A stretch of 20,000 nucleotides of DNA from an uncultured virus (IMG/VR IMGVR_UViG_3300025949_000021) (IMGVR_UViG_3300025949_000021); one strand, 5' to 3'. Positions 1-8,249 are shown, counted from the first letter of the stretch. Translations and numbers: made by a program. The notes: generated by a model from the sequence alone, not told the origin.

Positions 1-318
1 ACCAGCGAGATTCAAAAGTTTGCCGAAGCACCAGGCCATGAACATTTTGACAAAGTTCGTATGCATATGAAAGCCTTGATTGATGGCGGACAGGCAAACG
101 ATTTGCAGGATGCTTATGACCAAGCAGTTTATGCCAATCCAGAAACACGGAAAGCTTTGCTCGAACAGCAAACCCGTGCGGCACAGGAACAAGCTAATGC
201 CCATCGTGCGAAATCCGCAGCAGTGAGCGTTAAAGGTTCTTCGCCAGCATCAGGTATGGCCTCTCAGCCTAAGAACTCGTTGCGAGACGAAATCTCGGCT
301 GCTTTCGAACAATCTTAA
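1..318 (+). CDS. Putative capsid scaffolding protein, C-terminal part (5' truncated by the window edge)
   Basis: The frame is open from base 1 (TSEIQKFAEAPGHEHFDKVRMHM...). It is helical and Q/A-rich, ends 'SLRDEISAAFEQS', and lies immediately upstream of the capsid gene. Confidence 0.7.
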   Translation, partial: TSEIQKFAEAPGHEHFDKVRMHMKALIDGGQANDLQDAYDQAVYANPETRKALLEQQTRAAQEQANAHRAKSAAVSVKGSSPASGMASQPKNSLRDEISAAFEQS

Positions 319-329
319 AGGAGTTTTAA

Positions 330-1319
330 ATGGCATTCCCCAATCTGACAGATATTGTCACTACCACGATTCAAAATCGTTCCGGCAAGCTCGCCGACAA
401 CACATTGAAAAACAATGCATTGCTTCAATACCTGAACTCGAAAGGTAACGTTAAGCCATTCTCTGGCGGTAACGTGATCCTTCAAGAGTTGATGTATAAC
501 GATCCAAATACTCAGAATGCAAGTTCGTATTCTGGTTATGATGTGATCGACATTACCCCGAATAGCCCGCTGACCGCGCCACAATATGACATCAAGCAAT
601 ATGCCGCTGCTGTCACTATCTCTGGCCTGGAACAGTTGATGAACTCGGGTAAGGAAGCAATCATCGACTTGCTGGAAGGCCGCATCATGGTCGCCGAAAA
701 GCAGTTGATGAATCAAATCTCTGCCGGTGTTTATTCGGACGGTACAGGTAACGGCGGCAAAGATATTACTGGTCTTGCTGCTGCAATCTCAACCACCCCG
801 ACAACTGGTACTTACGGTGGTATTAACCGTGCTACTTGGACTTTCTGGCGGAACGTTGCATTCTCGGCTGTCACTGATGGTGGCGCACCGGCGAATGCTT
901 CGAACATCCAGTCGTACATGAACCGTACAATCCTGCAAACTGTTCGTGGTACAGACTCCCCTGATCTGTGCGTTGCGGATAACAACTACTACCGCCTGTT
1001 CCTGGAATCGTTGCAAGCTATCCAGCGCGTGACTACCGAGGAAGATGCTGGTGCAGGCTTCTCCAGCTTGGCATACTACGGTGCAGGCAAGAAGATGATG
1101 GTTCGTCTGGACGGCGGTATCGGCGGGTCGATTCCAACAAACCGTATGTACTTCCTGAACACCGATTACATCTTCTTCCGTCCTCACCGTGACCGCAATA
1201 TGGTCCCAATTGGCGGTGATCGTCAGTCGGTCAACCAAGACGCAATTGTCAAGCTGATTGGTTGGGCTGGTAATCTCACTACATCCGGCTCGCAATTCCA
1301 AGCCGTTCTTGGCGCTTAA
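330..1319 (+). CDS. Major capsid protein (probable HK97 fold)
   Basis: 329 aa with a strong AAGGAG RBS. The N-terminus MAFPNLTDIVTTTIQNRSGKLADN..NNALL and internal GTYGGINRATWTFWRN resemble a widespread phage capsid family. It follows the scaffold gene. Confidence 0.88.
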   Translation: MAFPNLTDIVTTTIQNRSGKLADNTLKNNALLQYLNSKGNVKPFSGGNVILQELMYNDPNTQNASSYSGYDVIDITPNSPLTAPQYDIKQYAAAVTISGLEQLMNSGKEAIIDLLEGRIMVAEKQLMNQISAGVYSDGTGNGGKDITGLAAAISTTPTTGTYGGINRATWTFWRNVAFSAVTDGGAPANASNIQSYMNRTILQTVRGTDSPDLCVADNNYYRLFLESLQAIQRVTTEEDAGAGFSSLAYYGAGKKMMVRLDGGIGGSIPTNRMYFLNTDYIFFRPHRDRNMVPIGGDRQSVNQDAIVKLIGWAGNLTTSGSQFQAVLGA

Positions 1320-1336
1320 GAAAGAAAGGATAAATC

Positions 1337-1636
1337 ATGGCTGCACCATTTACCTCTACCCCCAAACTGGGGGTTAAAACTCTTGTCACAGTTCTGGCGA
1401 CAGACATTGCTTCGGGCGCTGACAAGCCTCAACAACGTCTTGGCGATCAGATTTGGGGAAGCGACGGCAAACGTTATGTGTACGCACAAGCAAATGCCTC
1501 TATCTCTGCTTCTACAGCAGTTTGCACAATCAGCCCTACGACCTTCCTAGTAACAGCGACAGGTGGCGCGTATACTTCTCCTGCGACTGCTATGGTCACT
1601 GGCGATCAAGGTTGGTTCAGCGCAGCATCTGTTTAA
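1337..1636 (+). CDS. Putative capsid decoration/cement protein
   Basis: 99 aa, A/T/S-rich and beta-type, with the motif GSDGKRYVYAQA. AAGGA RBS; directly after the capsid gene and before the terminator. Confidence 0.6.
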   Translation: MAAPFTSTPKLGVKTLVTVLATDIASGADKPQQRLGDQIWGSDGKRYVYAQANASISASTAVCTISPTTFLVTATGGAYTSPATAMVTGDQGWFSAASV

Positions 1637-1645
1637 GGAGTCATT

Positions 1646-2032
1646 ATGCCCGGCCTAATCAAAACATTGATGGGCAGTGGCTTTTCTGGTCAACAAGCAA
1701 TCGCCTTGAATGGGTATAGCACTGCTGGCGCAACCGCCACAGGCTCTACCCAAGGCACTGCTTATGCGATTCAGACAGAGTTCACTGAGTTTACAACTGT
1801 AGCAGCATCGACCGGCGCAATTCTCCCGGCCTCTACTGCTACTTCTGGCATCGTTGGTGGTGATAGCTTTTTTATCGCTAATCAAGGTGTAAATGCTTTG
1901 TCGGTATATCCCCCTACTGGTGGCTCTATCGGCTTGGCAGCAACAAACACAGCTGTCTCTGTCGCTTCTGGCAAGACAGCTTATTTCGTAGCCAAGGGTA
2001 ACGGCGTTTATTACGCTGTCCTATCGGCTTAA
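1646..2032 (+). CDS. Putative second minor head/decoration protein
   Basis: 128 aa, G/A/T/S-rich. AAGGAG RBS; last gene before the intrinsic terminator. Confidence 0.5.
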   Translation: MPGLIKTLMGSGFSGQQAIALNGYSTAGATATGSTQGTAYAIQTEFTEFTTVAASTGAILPASTATSGIVGGDSFFIANQGVNALSVYPPTGGSIGLAATNTAVSVASGKTAYFVAKGNGVYYAVLSA

Positions 2033-2038
2033 TTTTAT

Positions 2039-2060
2039 GCCCCTTCGGGGGCTTTTTATT
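2039..2060 (+). terminator. Rho-independent terminator after the capsid/decoration genes
   Basis: GCCCC-TTCG-GGGGC stem with a UUCG tetraloop, followed by TTTTTATT. Confidence 0.9.
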
Positions 2061-2071
2061 GGAGATATACA

Positions 2072-2647
2072 GTGGACAACTTCGCAAGTATGTCGGCAGA
2101 TCGCGTAAGTGATGCAGCTTTGCATGTCGAGTTTTATACAGATGCATTGCAAAGTGGTTATAAGAGTGAGCAGGCAGGGCATCCGGTTTTTGATGATGTT
2201 GAAATGATTCGGATCATCACACCGGGGGACAGCAAAACCATCATTGAAACAAAGGTTGATGAAACCCATAAATTCCGATTTGCAAGTCATTACAAGCGAT
2301 TTAAAGATGGTCTTGTAAATGTCGTCAGTGGCTGGGCATTGAAAGAATGGCCTGTAATTACGGCTTCTCAGGTAAAACTTCTGAATTACCACAACGTAAT
2401 GACGGTTGAACAACTGTCTACAATTTCTGATCAAGCATGCAATACGATTGGTATGGGCATGATGGAATTGCGGACGAAGGCTAAAGCTGCGTTGTCTGCC
2501 GCTGCTGGGAATGCAGAAAATGAAGCGCGAGCTTTACGTGAAGAAAATCTTCAACGCGAACTAGACAGTATGAAGTCGCAACTCGCCGCATTGAATACTG
2601 CTGCACTCGACAACAAACGCGGCCCAGGCCGTCCGAAAGCTGAATAA
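2072..2647 (+). CDS. Conserved phage head-region protein of unknown function
   Basis: 191 aa with a GTG start and GGAG RBS. It has a C-terminal coiled coil and a basic KRGPGRPK tail (AT-hook-like), and abuts the next gene. Confidence 0.7.
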   Translation: MDNFASMSADRVSDAALHVEFYTDALQSGYKSEQAGHPVFDDVEMIRIITPGDSKTIIETKVDETHKFRFASHYKRFKDGLVNVVSGWALKEWPVITASQVKLLNYHNVMTVEQLSTISDQACNTIGMGMMELRTKAKAALSAAAGNAENEARALREENLQRELDSMKSQLAALNTAALDNKRGPGRPKAE

Positions 2648-3550
2648 ATGAGCATGACCCTCCTGCAACTTATCCAGCAAACATGCCAAGAGTTGGCGCT
2701 TGATTCGCCTTCTCTTGTAGTCGGCAGTCAGGATCAGCAAACGGTGCAGTTGTTTGCATTGCTGAACCGCCATGGTCATGACCTCACCCGAAATTTTGAG
2801 TGGGAGAAATTGGATAAGCAATATTTGCTGACGACTGTTGCCTACAATCTTGTAGGTAACACCGTTGCAGGATCGGCCATCATTACAGGGGTCCCAAGCA
2901 CGGCGAATCTCTCTGTTAATTTCGGAGTAACGGGTTTGGGCATTAATCCGTTTGCTCAAATTCTTAGCATTGATTCTGCTACGCAAGTGACGATGGACCA
3001 ACCAGCAACTATGACGCAAAGTCAGACATTGCAGTTTTCTCAGGTCGGCTATCCGCTCCCTAGTGACTGGTTAAAGCAGATTCCACAGACAGAGTGGGAT
3101 CGCACAAATAGATGGCCTCTGATGGGCCCTAAATCGCCACAGGAGTGGCAATCGTATAAATCTGGTGTCGTATATGCAGGACCACGCGAGCGCTTCCGTA
3201 TTCAAGCTAATGCAATTCAGATTAGCCCGCCACCTCCTAATGCCTTGATCTTTGCTTATGAGTATATTTCGGCTAATTGGGCATATAGCGCAGCTAATGT
3301 GGGCAAGCCATATTTCACCGCCGATACAGATACTTGCATCTATGATGATTCGTTGATGGTTGCCGGTCTAAAACTTCGGTGGATGCAAGCGAAGGGCTTA
3401 GATTACTCATTCAATGCTTCTGAATATGGCGCATTGCTTCAAGCTTGTATGGCCCAAGATAAGAGTGCGCCTAAGCTTAGTTTGTCTCCCGTATATGGAG
3501 ATATCCTGCTTACGGAATTTAACGTGCAGGATGGCAATTACCCAGGATAA
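2648..3550 (+). CDS. Putative head-to-tail adaptor (tail tubular A / P22 gp4 position)
   Basis: 300 aa. The N-terminal helix MTLLQLIQQTCQEL and the motifs YPLPSDW and LKLRWMQAKGLDY are typical of podophage adaptors. It lies before the gp10-like gene. Confidence 0.65.
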   Translation: MSMTLLQLIQQTCQELALDSPSLVVGSQDQQTVQLFALLNRHGHDLTRNFEWEKLDKQYLLTTVAYNLVGNTVAGSAIITGVPSTANLSVNFGVTGLGINPFAQILSIDSATQVTMDQPATMTQSQTLQFSQVGYPLPSDWLKQIPQTEWDRTNRWPLMGPKSPQEWQSYKSGVVYAGPRERFRIQANAIQISPPPPNALIFAYEYISANWAYSAANVGKPYFTADTDTCIYDDSLMVAGLKLRWMQAKGLDYSFNASEYGALLQACMAQDKSAPKLSLSPVYGDILLTEFNVQDGNYPG

Positions 3551-4068
3551 ATATTTATCGAAGGCCAAGTTCTGCGATGAAGTACGTTTTCAATAGAGCT
3601 TTCAGAGAATTTAACAATTTCAGCAATTTTTTTGTTGGTAAGACGGGATTCTTTAAGAAGAAATATATGCCTCACAGTCTCTTCTGTCATTCGAGCATTC
3701 CCATATGTAGCATAATTTGATTTAAGCACATTTACGCTATGCTCTATATTTTCAGAGTGGGTAACACACTCTAAATTTGTTAAAAAATTGTCATCCCTGA
3801 CACCATTAAGATGATTGATTTCTTTGTCCGCTGGTATTGGATGCTTGAAAGATTCGAACACTACTCGATGTATTAAAGGATGGGTTGCTTTGCCATTTTT
3901 AAAGAAGCAAACTCGTAAATAGCCATCTTGTGTAATACCGGGCTTTAAAATTCGTTCTTTTCGGAATTTTCCAAGAGAATCAACACGCGCAATAGATTTT
4001 ACGATTCCAGTACTAGAAACGTAATATTGATCTTCATATCCATAAACAGGGACAAAGAAATATTCCAT
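3538..4068 (-). CDS. NUMOD4-HNH homing endonuclease with C-terminal HTH-like segment, antisense to the late operon
   Basis: NUMOD4-like start (VPVYGYEDQYYVSSTG) and HNH core (HRVVFESF...INHLNGVRDDNFLTNLECVTHSEN). AGGA RBS. AT-rich (18/60 GC at 3601-3660). Confidence 0.9.
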   Translation of the reverse strand: MEYFFVPVYGYEDQYYVSSTGIVKSIARVDSLGKFRKERILKPGITQDGYLRVCFFKNGKATHPLIHRVVFESFKHPIPADKEINHLNGVRDDNFLTNLECVTHSENIEHSVNVLKSNYATYGNARMTEETVRHIFLLKESRLTNKKIAEIVKFSESSIENVLHRRTWPSINIYPG

Positions 4069-4097
4069 GGGAAATCCTAATCTGATTGAATATGATT

Positions 4098-4103
4098 ATT
4101 ATA
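4098..4103 (-). promoter_or_regulatory. Putative -10 box for the antisense HNH gene
   Basis: Perfect TATAAT on the minus strand about 30 nt upstream of the HNH start. No well-spaced -35 was found. Confidence 0.4.
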
Positions 4104-4122
4104 CAGGTAATTGGGGAAACTA

Positions 4123-5643
4123 ATGGCAACAGCATCTAAGAATCTTCCGGCTCCTGTAGGAGGTCTTAATGATAGGGATTCGTTACAAGATATGCCGCCT
4201 CAAGATGCGGTTATTCTTGAAAACTGGTTTCCTTATCCTTCCCAAGTAGGTATCCGAAAAGGCTGTACAAATTGGGCAACTGGTTTTTCTTCCACCGTAG
4301 AAACTGTTGTGGATTATGCGCCTCCGACAGGGAATATTAAGCTGTTCGCCGCTTCGGCTGGGAATATCTACGATGTAACATCCTCCGGTGCAATTGGTGC
4401 ACCTGTAGTAACAGGGCAGATTAGCAACCGCTGGCAAGATGCTGCGATTACAACGCCAGGAGGTAGTTTTCTTTACCTATTTAATGGGGTGGATAAGCCA
4501 CAGCTTTATAACGGCACAACTTGGACGGCAATTGATGGAGCAAGCACGCCTGCAATTACAGGTGTTACTACTACACTTCTTGTTCAAGGCTGTTTATTTA
4601 AAAATCGTCTTTGGATGGCGGAAACAAATGCATTACGTGCTTGGTATCTTCCGGTCAATTCGATTGGCGGTGCAGCAAACCAATTTGATCTTGGTTCGGT
4701 ATTTAGAAAAGGTGGTTTTTTAGTTGCTATTACAGCATGGACTATTGATGCAGGCGACGGCGCAGATGACCATTTGGTTTTTGTATCGTCAAATGGAGAG
4801 TTTGCTGTTTATAGCGGTACAGACCCATCAACAGCCGCGACATTTCAGCTTGTCGGTGTTTATACAATTGGCCGTCCTATCGGCCGCCGTTGCTGCACTA
4901 AATTGGCGGGCGATATCCTAGTGATGACAGAAGAAGGGTTATACCCATTAAGCAAAGGTCTCCTTTCGGCAACAATTGATAAACGAGCATCTATTACAGA
5001 CAAAATACAAAATGGCATTTCTGCTGCTGTAACTCAATACAGGAATAACTTTGGGTGGATACCACTTTTGTTCAATAATATGAATATGGTTATCCTAAAT
5101 GTACCTGCTGGCAATGGGCAGAATTTCCAATACGTACAAAATACGATTACCGGAGCATGGGCAAAATTCACAGCCTGGAATGCCACTAGCTGGCGTGATA
5201 CATCCGCAGGTTTGTATTATGGGAATCAAAATTCTGTTCAATTGGCGTGGGTAGGATCAACGGATAATAGTTCTCAGATTGTTGCTGACGCACTGCCATC
5301 GTTCCAAACCTTTGGTTCGAGCGCGCAGCGTAAATACTTCACGATGGTAAAGCCATATCTTACAACGACTGGTATCCCGTCTATTGTCTACGGACTTAAT
5401 ATTGATTACATGATTTCAGATGTGACCGGCGTATTTTCATATACAGCACCATCTGGGATGATATGGGGGCAGATGTTTTGGGGGTCTATGTTTTGGGGTG
5501 GCGGACAACGATCTTTTACAAGTTGGAAAACGGTTGGGGATTGGGCGCAATCTGCTGCTTTACGCATCAAAGTGCAAGGTAATGCAGGGGACGTTTATTG
5601 GCAGGCTACTGATTATCTTTATCAGAAGGGCGGGATTCTTTAA
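4123..5643 (+). CDS. Tail hub / packaged-DNA stabilisation protein (P22 gp10-like)
   Basis: About 506 aa from the ATG at 4123 (the ORF track starts at TTG 4111). It begins with LPAPVGGLNDRDS...DAVILENWFP, has a W/G/Y-rich beta-propeller-like composition, and lies after the adaptor. Confidence 0.75.
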   Translation: MATASKNLPAPVGGLNDRDSLQDMPPQDAVILENWFPYPSQVGIRKGCTNWATGFSSTVETVVDYAPPTGNIKLFAASAGNIYDVTSSGAIGAPVVTGQISNRWQDAAITTPGGSFLYLFNGVDKPQLYNGTTWTAIDGASTPAITGVTTTLLVQGCLFKNRLWMAETNALRAWYLPVNSIGGAANQFDLGSVFRKGGFLVAITAWTIDAGDGADDHLVFVSSNGEFAVYSGTDPSTAATFQLVGVYTIGRPIGRRCCTKLAGDILVMTEEGLYPLSKGLLSATIDKRASITDKIQNGISAAVTQYRNNFGWIPLLFNNMNMVILNVPAGNGQNFQYVQNTITGAWAKFTAWNATSWRDTSAGLYYGNQNSVQLAWVGSTDNSSQIVADALPSFQTFGSSAQRKYFTMVKPYLTTTGIPSIVYGLNIDYMISDVTGVFSYTAPSGMIWGQMFWGSMFWGGGQRSFTSWKTVGDWAQSAALRIKVQGNAGDVYWQATDYLYQKGGIL

Positions 5644-6056
5644 TGGTTGTCATAGAACAGCATCCAGCTTTCTACGAGTTCATTAATCATATTTTAAAAG
5701 TAAAATTCACCCCCGAAAACGCAAAAGTTATCGCATCTGTAACACAAGATTGTCAGATAATGGGAGTGACAGCATTTTCACGGTTTTCTGAACATAATTG
5801 TGAATTGAGCGTTGCAAGTTCAACGCCTAGATTCATGACTAAAGAGTATTTACGAGCTGTATTTCATTATCCGTTCATAACGTGCGGTAAGCGAAGAATC
5901 ACGGCAATTATTGAAGATGACAATCATCGTGCACAAGAAATTGATAAGCGGTTAGGTTTTGTCTATGAGGCTACATTGAAGAATTGGTATGGCGAAAAAG
6001 ACGGAATTGTTATGCGCATGTTGAATGATGAATGTACTTGGATCAAGGATAAATAA
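5643..6056 (+). CDS. GNAT-family acetyltransferase-like protein (P22 gp14 position)
   Basis: 137 aa with a RimJ/RimL-like pattern (FHYPF...RRITAII..DNHRAQ....RLGFVYEATLKNWY). Coupled to both neighbours by TAATG overlaps. Confidence 0.75.
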   Translation: MVVIEQHPAFYEFINHILKVKFTPENAKVIASVTQDCQIMGVTAFSRFSEHNCELSVASSTPRFMTKEYLRAVFHYPFITCGKRRITAIIEDDNHRAQEIDKRLGFVYEATLKNWYGEKDGIVMRMLNDECTWIKDK

Positions 6057-6916
6057 TGCGATTGCTTAATCGAGACGGATACGACGCTACAGGCCGTCGC
6101 TTATATTACAAAGATGCGCCAGATCCTGCGCCTGCTCCTGATTATAAAGGTGCTGCTGAGCAAACTGCTCAAGGCAATATTGAGGCAGCTCGTGCAGCGG
6201 CAAAAGCGAACCGCGTAAACACATATACACCCTACGGCAGTATTACTTATAACCAACCTAATTCTGCTGATCCTGATCAATGGAATGCTAACGTAACTCT
6301 TGATCCTACCCAGCAAAAATTACTTGACCAGCAAAATCTGACAAGCTTGAATTTAGCTGGTCTACAAAACTCCGCATATGGCCGCGTCAATGATGCATTG
6401 AATGCCCCATATGCAGCGACATATGATCCGACTAAGGCAACCAATACAGCGTATGAATCGCTGATGACTCGCCTAAATCCTCAGTATGAGCAACAGCAAT
6501 CACAATTGGATCAGCGCTTGGCAAATCAAGGTATTACTCTAGGCTCTGAAGCATGGCGTAATGCTCAAAATCAGTTCGGTCAAACTCGTAATGATGCGCA
6601 AACGCAAGCAGCTTTGCAGGCGATCAACCTTGGAATGCAACAACAGCAACAGCAATACGGCCAAGAATCGACTAATCGCAATAATCCATTGAATGAATTG
6701 AATGCAATTCGAACAGGATCGCAGGTTACAAACCCATCGCAGATTAATGTTGCTCAACAAGGCCAAACCGCAGGGGCTAACTATCTTGGGGCTGCACAAG
6801 GACAGGCCGGTTACGATCAAAGCATTTACAACGCTGGTGTAGGTAGCGCAAATGCAGGGAACTCGGCAACGGCTGGCTTGGCTGGTGCAGCGATCGGCGC
6901 GGCGGCTTTGTTCTGA
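6056..6916 (+). CDS. Putative DNA ejection/pilot protein 1 (P22 gp7 position)
   Basis: 286 aa, Q/N/A-rich and helical, with a PAPAPDY motif and NRVNTYTPYGS. The C-terminus is hydrophobic and G/A-rich (AGLAGAAIGAAALF). Confidence 0.7.
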   Translation: MRLLNRDGYDATGRRLYYKDAPDPAPAPDYKGAAEQTAQGNIEAARAAAKANRVNTYTPYGSITYNQPNSADPDQWNANVTLDPTQQKLLDQQNLTSLNLAGLQNSAYGRVNDALNAPYAATYDPTKATNTAYESLMTRLNPQYEQQQSQLDQRLANQGITLGSEAWRNAQNQFGQTRNDAQTQAALQAINLGMQQQQQQYGQESTNRNNPLNELNAIRTGSQVTNPSQINVAQQGQTAGANYLGAAQGQAGYDQSIYNAGVGSANAGNSATAGLAGAAIGAAALF

Positions 6917-7560
6917 TGGACATTGATTTGATTGATGCTTTAACCCCAGCAATGGTTAATGCAGGACATAGGGTGCTACAAATTCACCGGTTTGCATCAT
7001 CAGATGTTGAGCATGTAAGACGCTTGGAAAGATGGGCAGATTTCCCGTTAAATTCGAATGTAATTGATATGGGTAGTGGTACTGGAGAGGTTGCCAGGAT
7101 ACTAGGAAGAAAACGGCCTGACTTGTTTTTCACTTTGGTTAACCTAAGCGAGGTTCAATTACGATATTCTCCAAAAAACTGCAAATGGATTCATGGCGAC
7201 TTTCTAAATGTTGATGAAAAAAACGGCGTCTTTGATGCAGTTATGTTTTGCTTCTCCATTGGTCACGAAGACCACGAAGCCGCATTGAAAGAAGCCTGCC
7301 GATTACTTAAAGTTGGTGGCGTTTTGTTTGTATATGACATGGTGAGAGTAAGCGGCTCTAATGAATCAATGGCTTCTGTTGAATACACGGTTCTTTCTAG
7401 AGGTGAATTTGAATCTATCGCAGTCGATAATGGATTCAAACTTGATCTTTACATTGAGCCAAAAGATTGCGGAGAATATGGAAAATCTGTTTTAGGAGAT
7501 GCATTTGAAGAAGTTTTCAATGGGACAATTCCTGCTATTTGGAGAATGATTAAATGCTAA
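6916..7560 (+). CDS. Class I SAM-dependent methyltransferase
   Basis: Motif I VIDMGSGTG, then IHGDF, FDAVMFCFSIGH and the post-motif RLLKVGGVLFVYD. TGATG overlap with the upstream gene. Confidence 0.88.
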   Translation: MDIDLIDALTPAMVNAGHRVLQIHRFASSDVEHVRRLERWADFPLNSNVIDMGSGTGEVARILGRKRPDLFFTLVNLSEVQLRYSPKNCKWIHGDFLNVDEKNGVFDAVMFCFSIGHEDHEAALKEACRLLKVGGVLFVYDMVRVSGSNESMASVEYTVLSRGEFESIAVDNGFKLDLYIEPKDCGEYGKSVLGDAFEEVFNGTIPAIWRMIKC

Positions 7561-8249
7561 AGAAGGCATTGCAATTCTCAGGTGGGAAAGACTCCCTGGC
7601 ATGCTTGTATTTGCTAAAGCCAATATGGGATGAGTTACTAGTGGTTTGGGGAAATACAGGCTCGGCCTATCCTGAAACAATCAAACTCATGGATAAAGTG
7701 AGATCATTGGTCCCGCACTTCTTGGAAGTAAAAAGCAATCAACCGGATTACATAGCTAACTACGGTTTCCCTTCTGATATTTTGACAATTCGAAATACGA
7801 ATTTCGGTCATATAGTACATGGTACGGGGGGTCGTAAATTCACTGATTATCTATCCTGCTGCAATGCAAATATCTGGCAACCACTTGCCAAAGCATGTGA
7901 GGGGATGGAAGTAATTTACCGTGGTCAACGTCTTGAGGATGAAAAGAAAAGTCCCGTGAGAAGTGGGGATGTTATCAATGGTATTGAGTACATTTTCCCT
8001 ATAGAAAACTGGTCAACAGCGCAAGTTAAAGAATATCTCGGTGAAAAACTTCCTGAGTACTATTCGCAAGAGAAATCATCGCATGATTGCTGGAATTGCA
8101 CAGCATATTTAGATGATAATCTTGAGCGAATTTCCAAACTTCCTAATGAAAAAAAAGAGTATGTCGAATCAGTGTTGATCGACATGCGCGATGCGATTAA
8201 ACAAGACTTAAACCAATTGGATGAGGTAATAAATGGCATTCACTACTAA
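7554..8249 (+). CDS. PAPS/APS-reductase-like PP-loop protein with probable Fe-S cluster (non-canonical)
   Basis: PP-loop FSGGKDS, NTGSAYPET, CC(NANIWQPL), GQRLED, FPIENW and C-terminal DCWNCT. The terminal ECG(L/I)H motif of true CysH is absent. Confidence 0.85.
   Translation: MLKKALQFSGGKDSLACLYLLKPIWDELLVVWGNTGSAYPETIKLMDKVRSLVPHFLEVKSNQPDYIANYGFPSDILTIRNTNFGHIVHGTGGRKFTDYLSCCNANIWQPLAKACEGMEVIYRGQRLEDEKKSPVRSGDVINGIEYIFPIENWSTAQVKEYLGEKLPEYYSQEKSSHDCWNCTAYLDDNLERISKLPNEKKEYVESVLIDMRDAIKQDLNQLDEVINGIHY

Noticed and set aside
315..1301. Minus-strand ORFs of 133 and 170 aa over the capsid gene
   Set aside because: Shadow frames of a strongly supported gene.
3538..4122. Group I intron carrying the HNH gene
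   Set aside because: The HNH is antisense, both flanking genes look complete, and there is no room for a ribozyme core.
6900..6920. Programmed -1 frameshift fusing ejection protein 1 to the methyltransferase
   Set aside because: No canonical slippery heptamer is present, and TGATG coupling explains the junction.
6916..8249. Dnd phosphorothioation or restriction-modification system
   Set aside because: No dndB/D/E, cysteine desulfurase or restriction gene is nearby, and the methyltransferase lacks DNA-methylase catalytic motifs.
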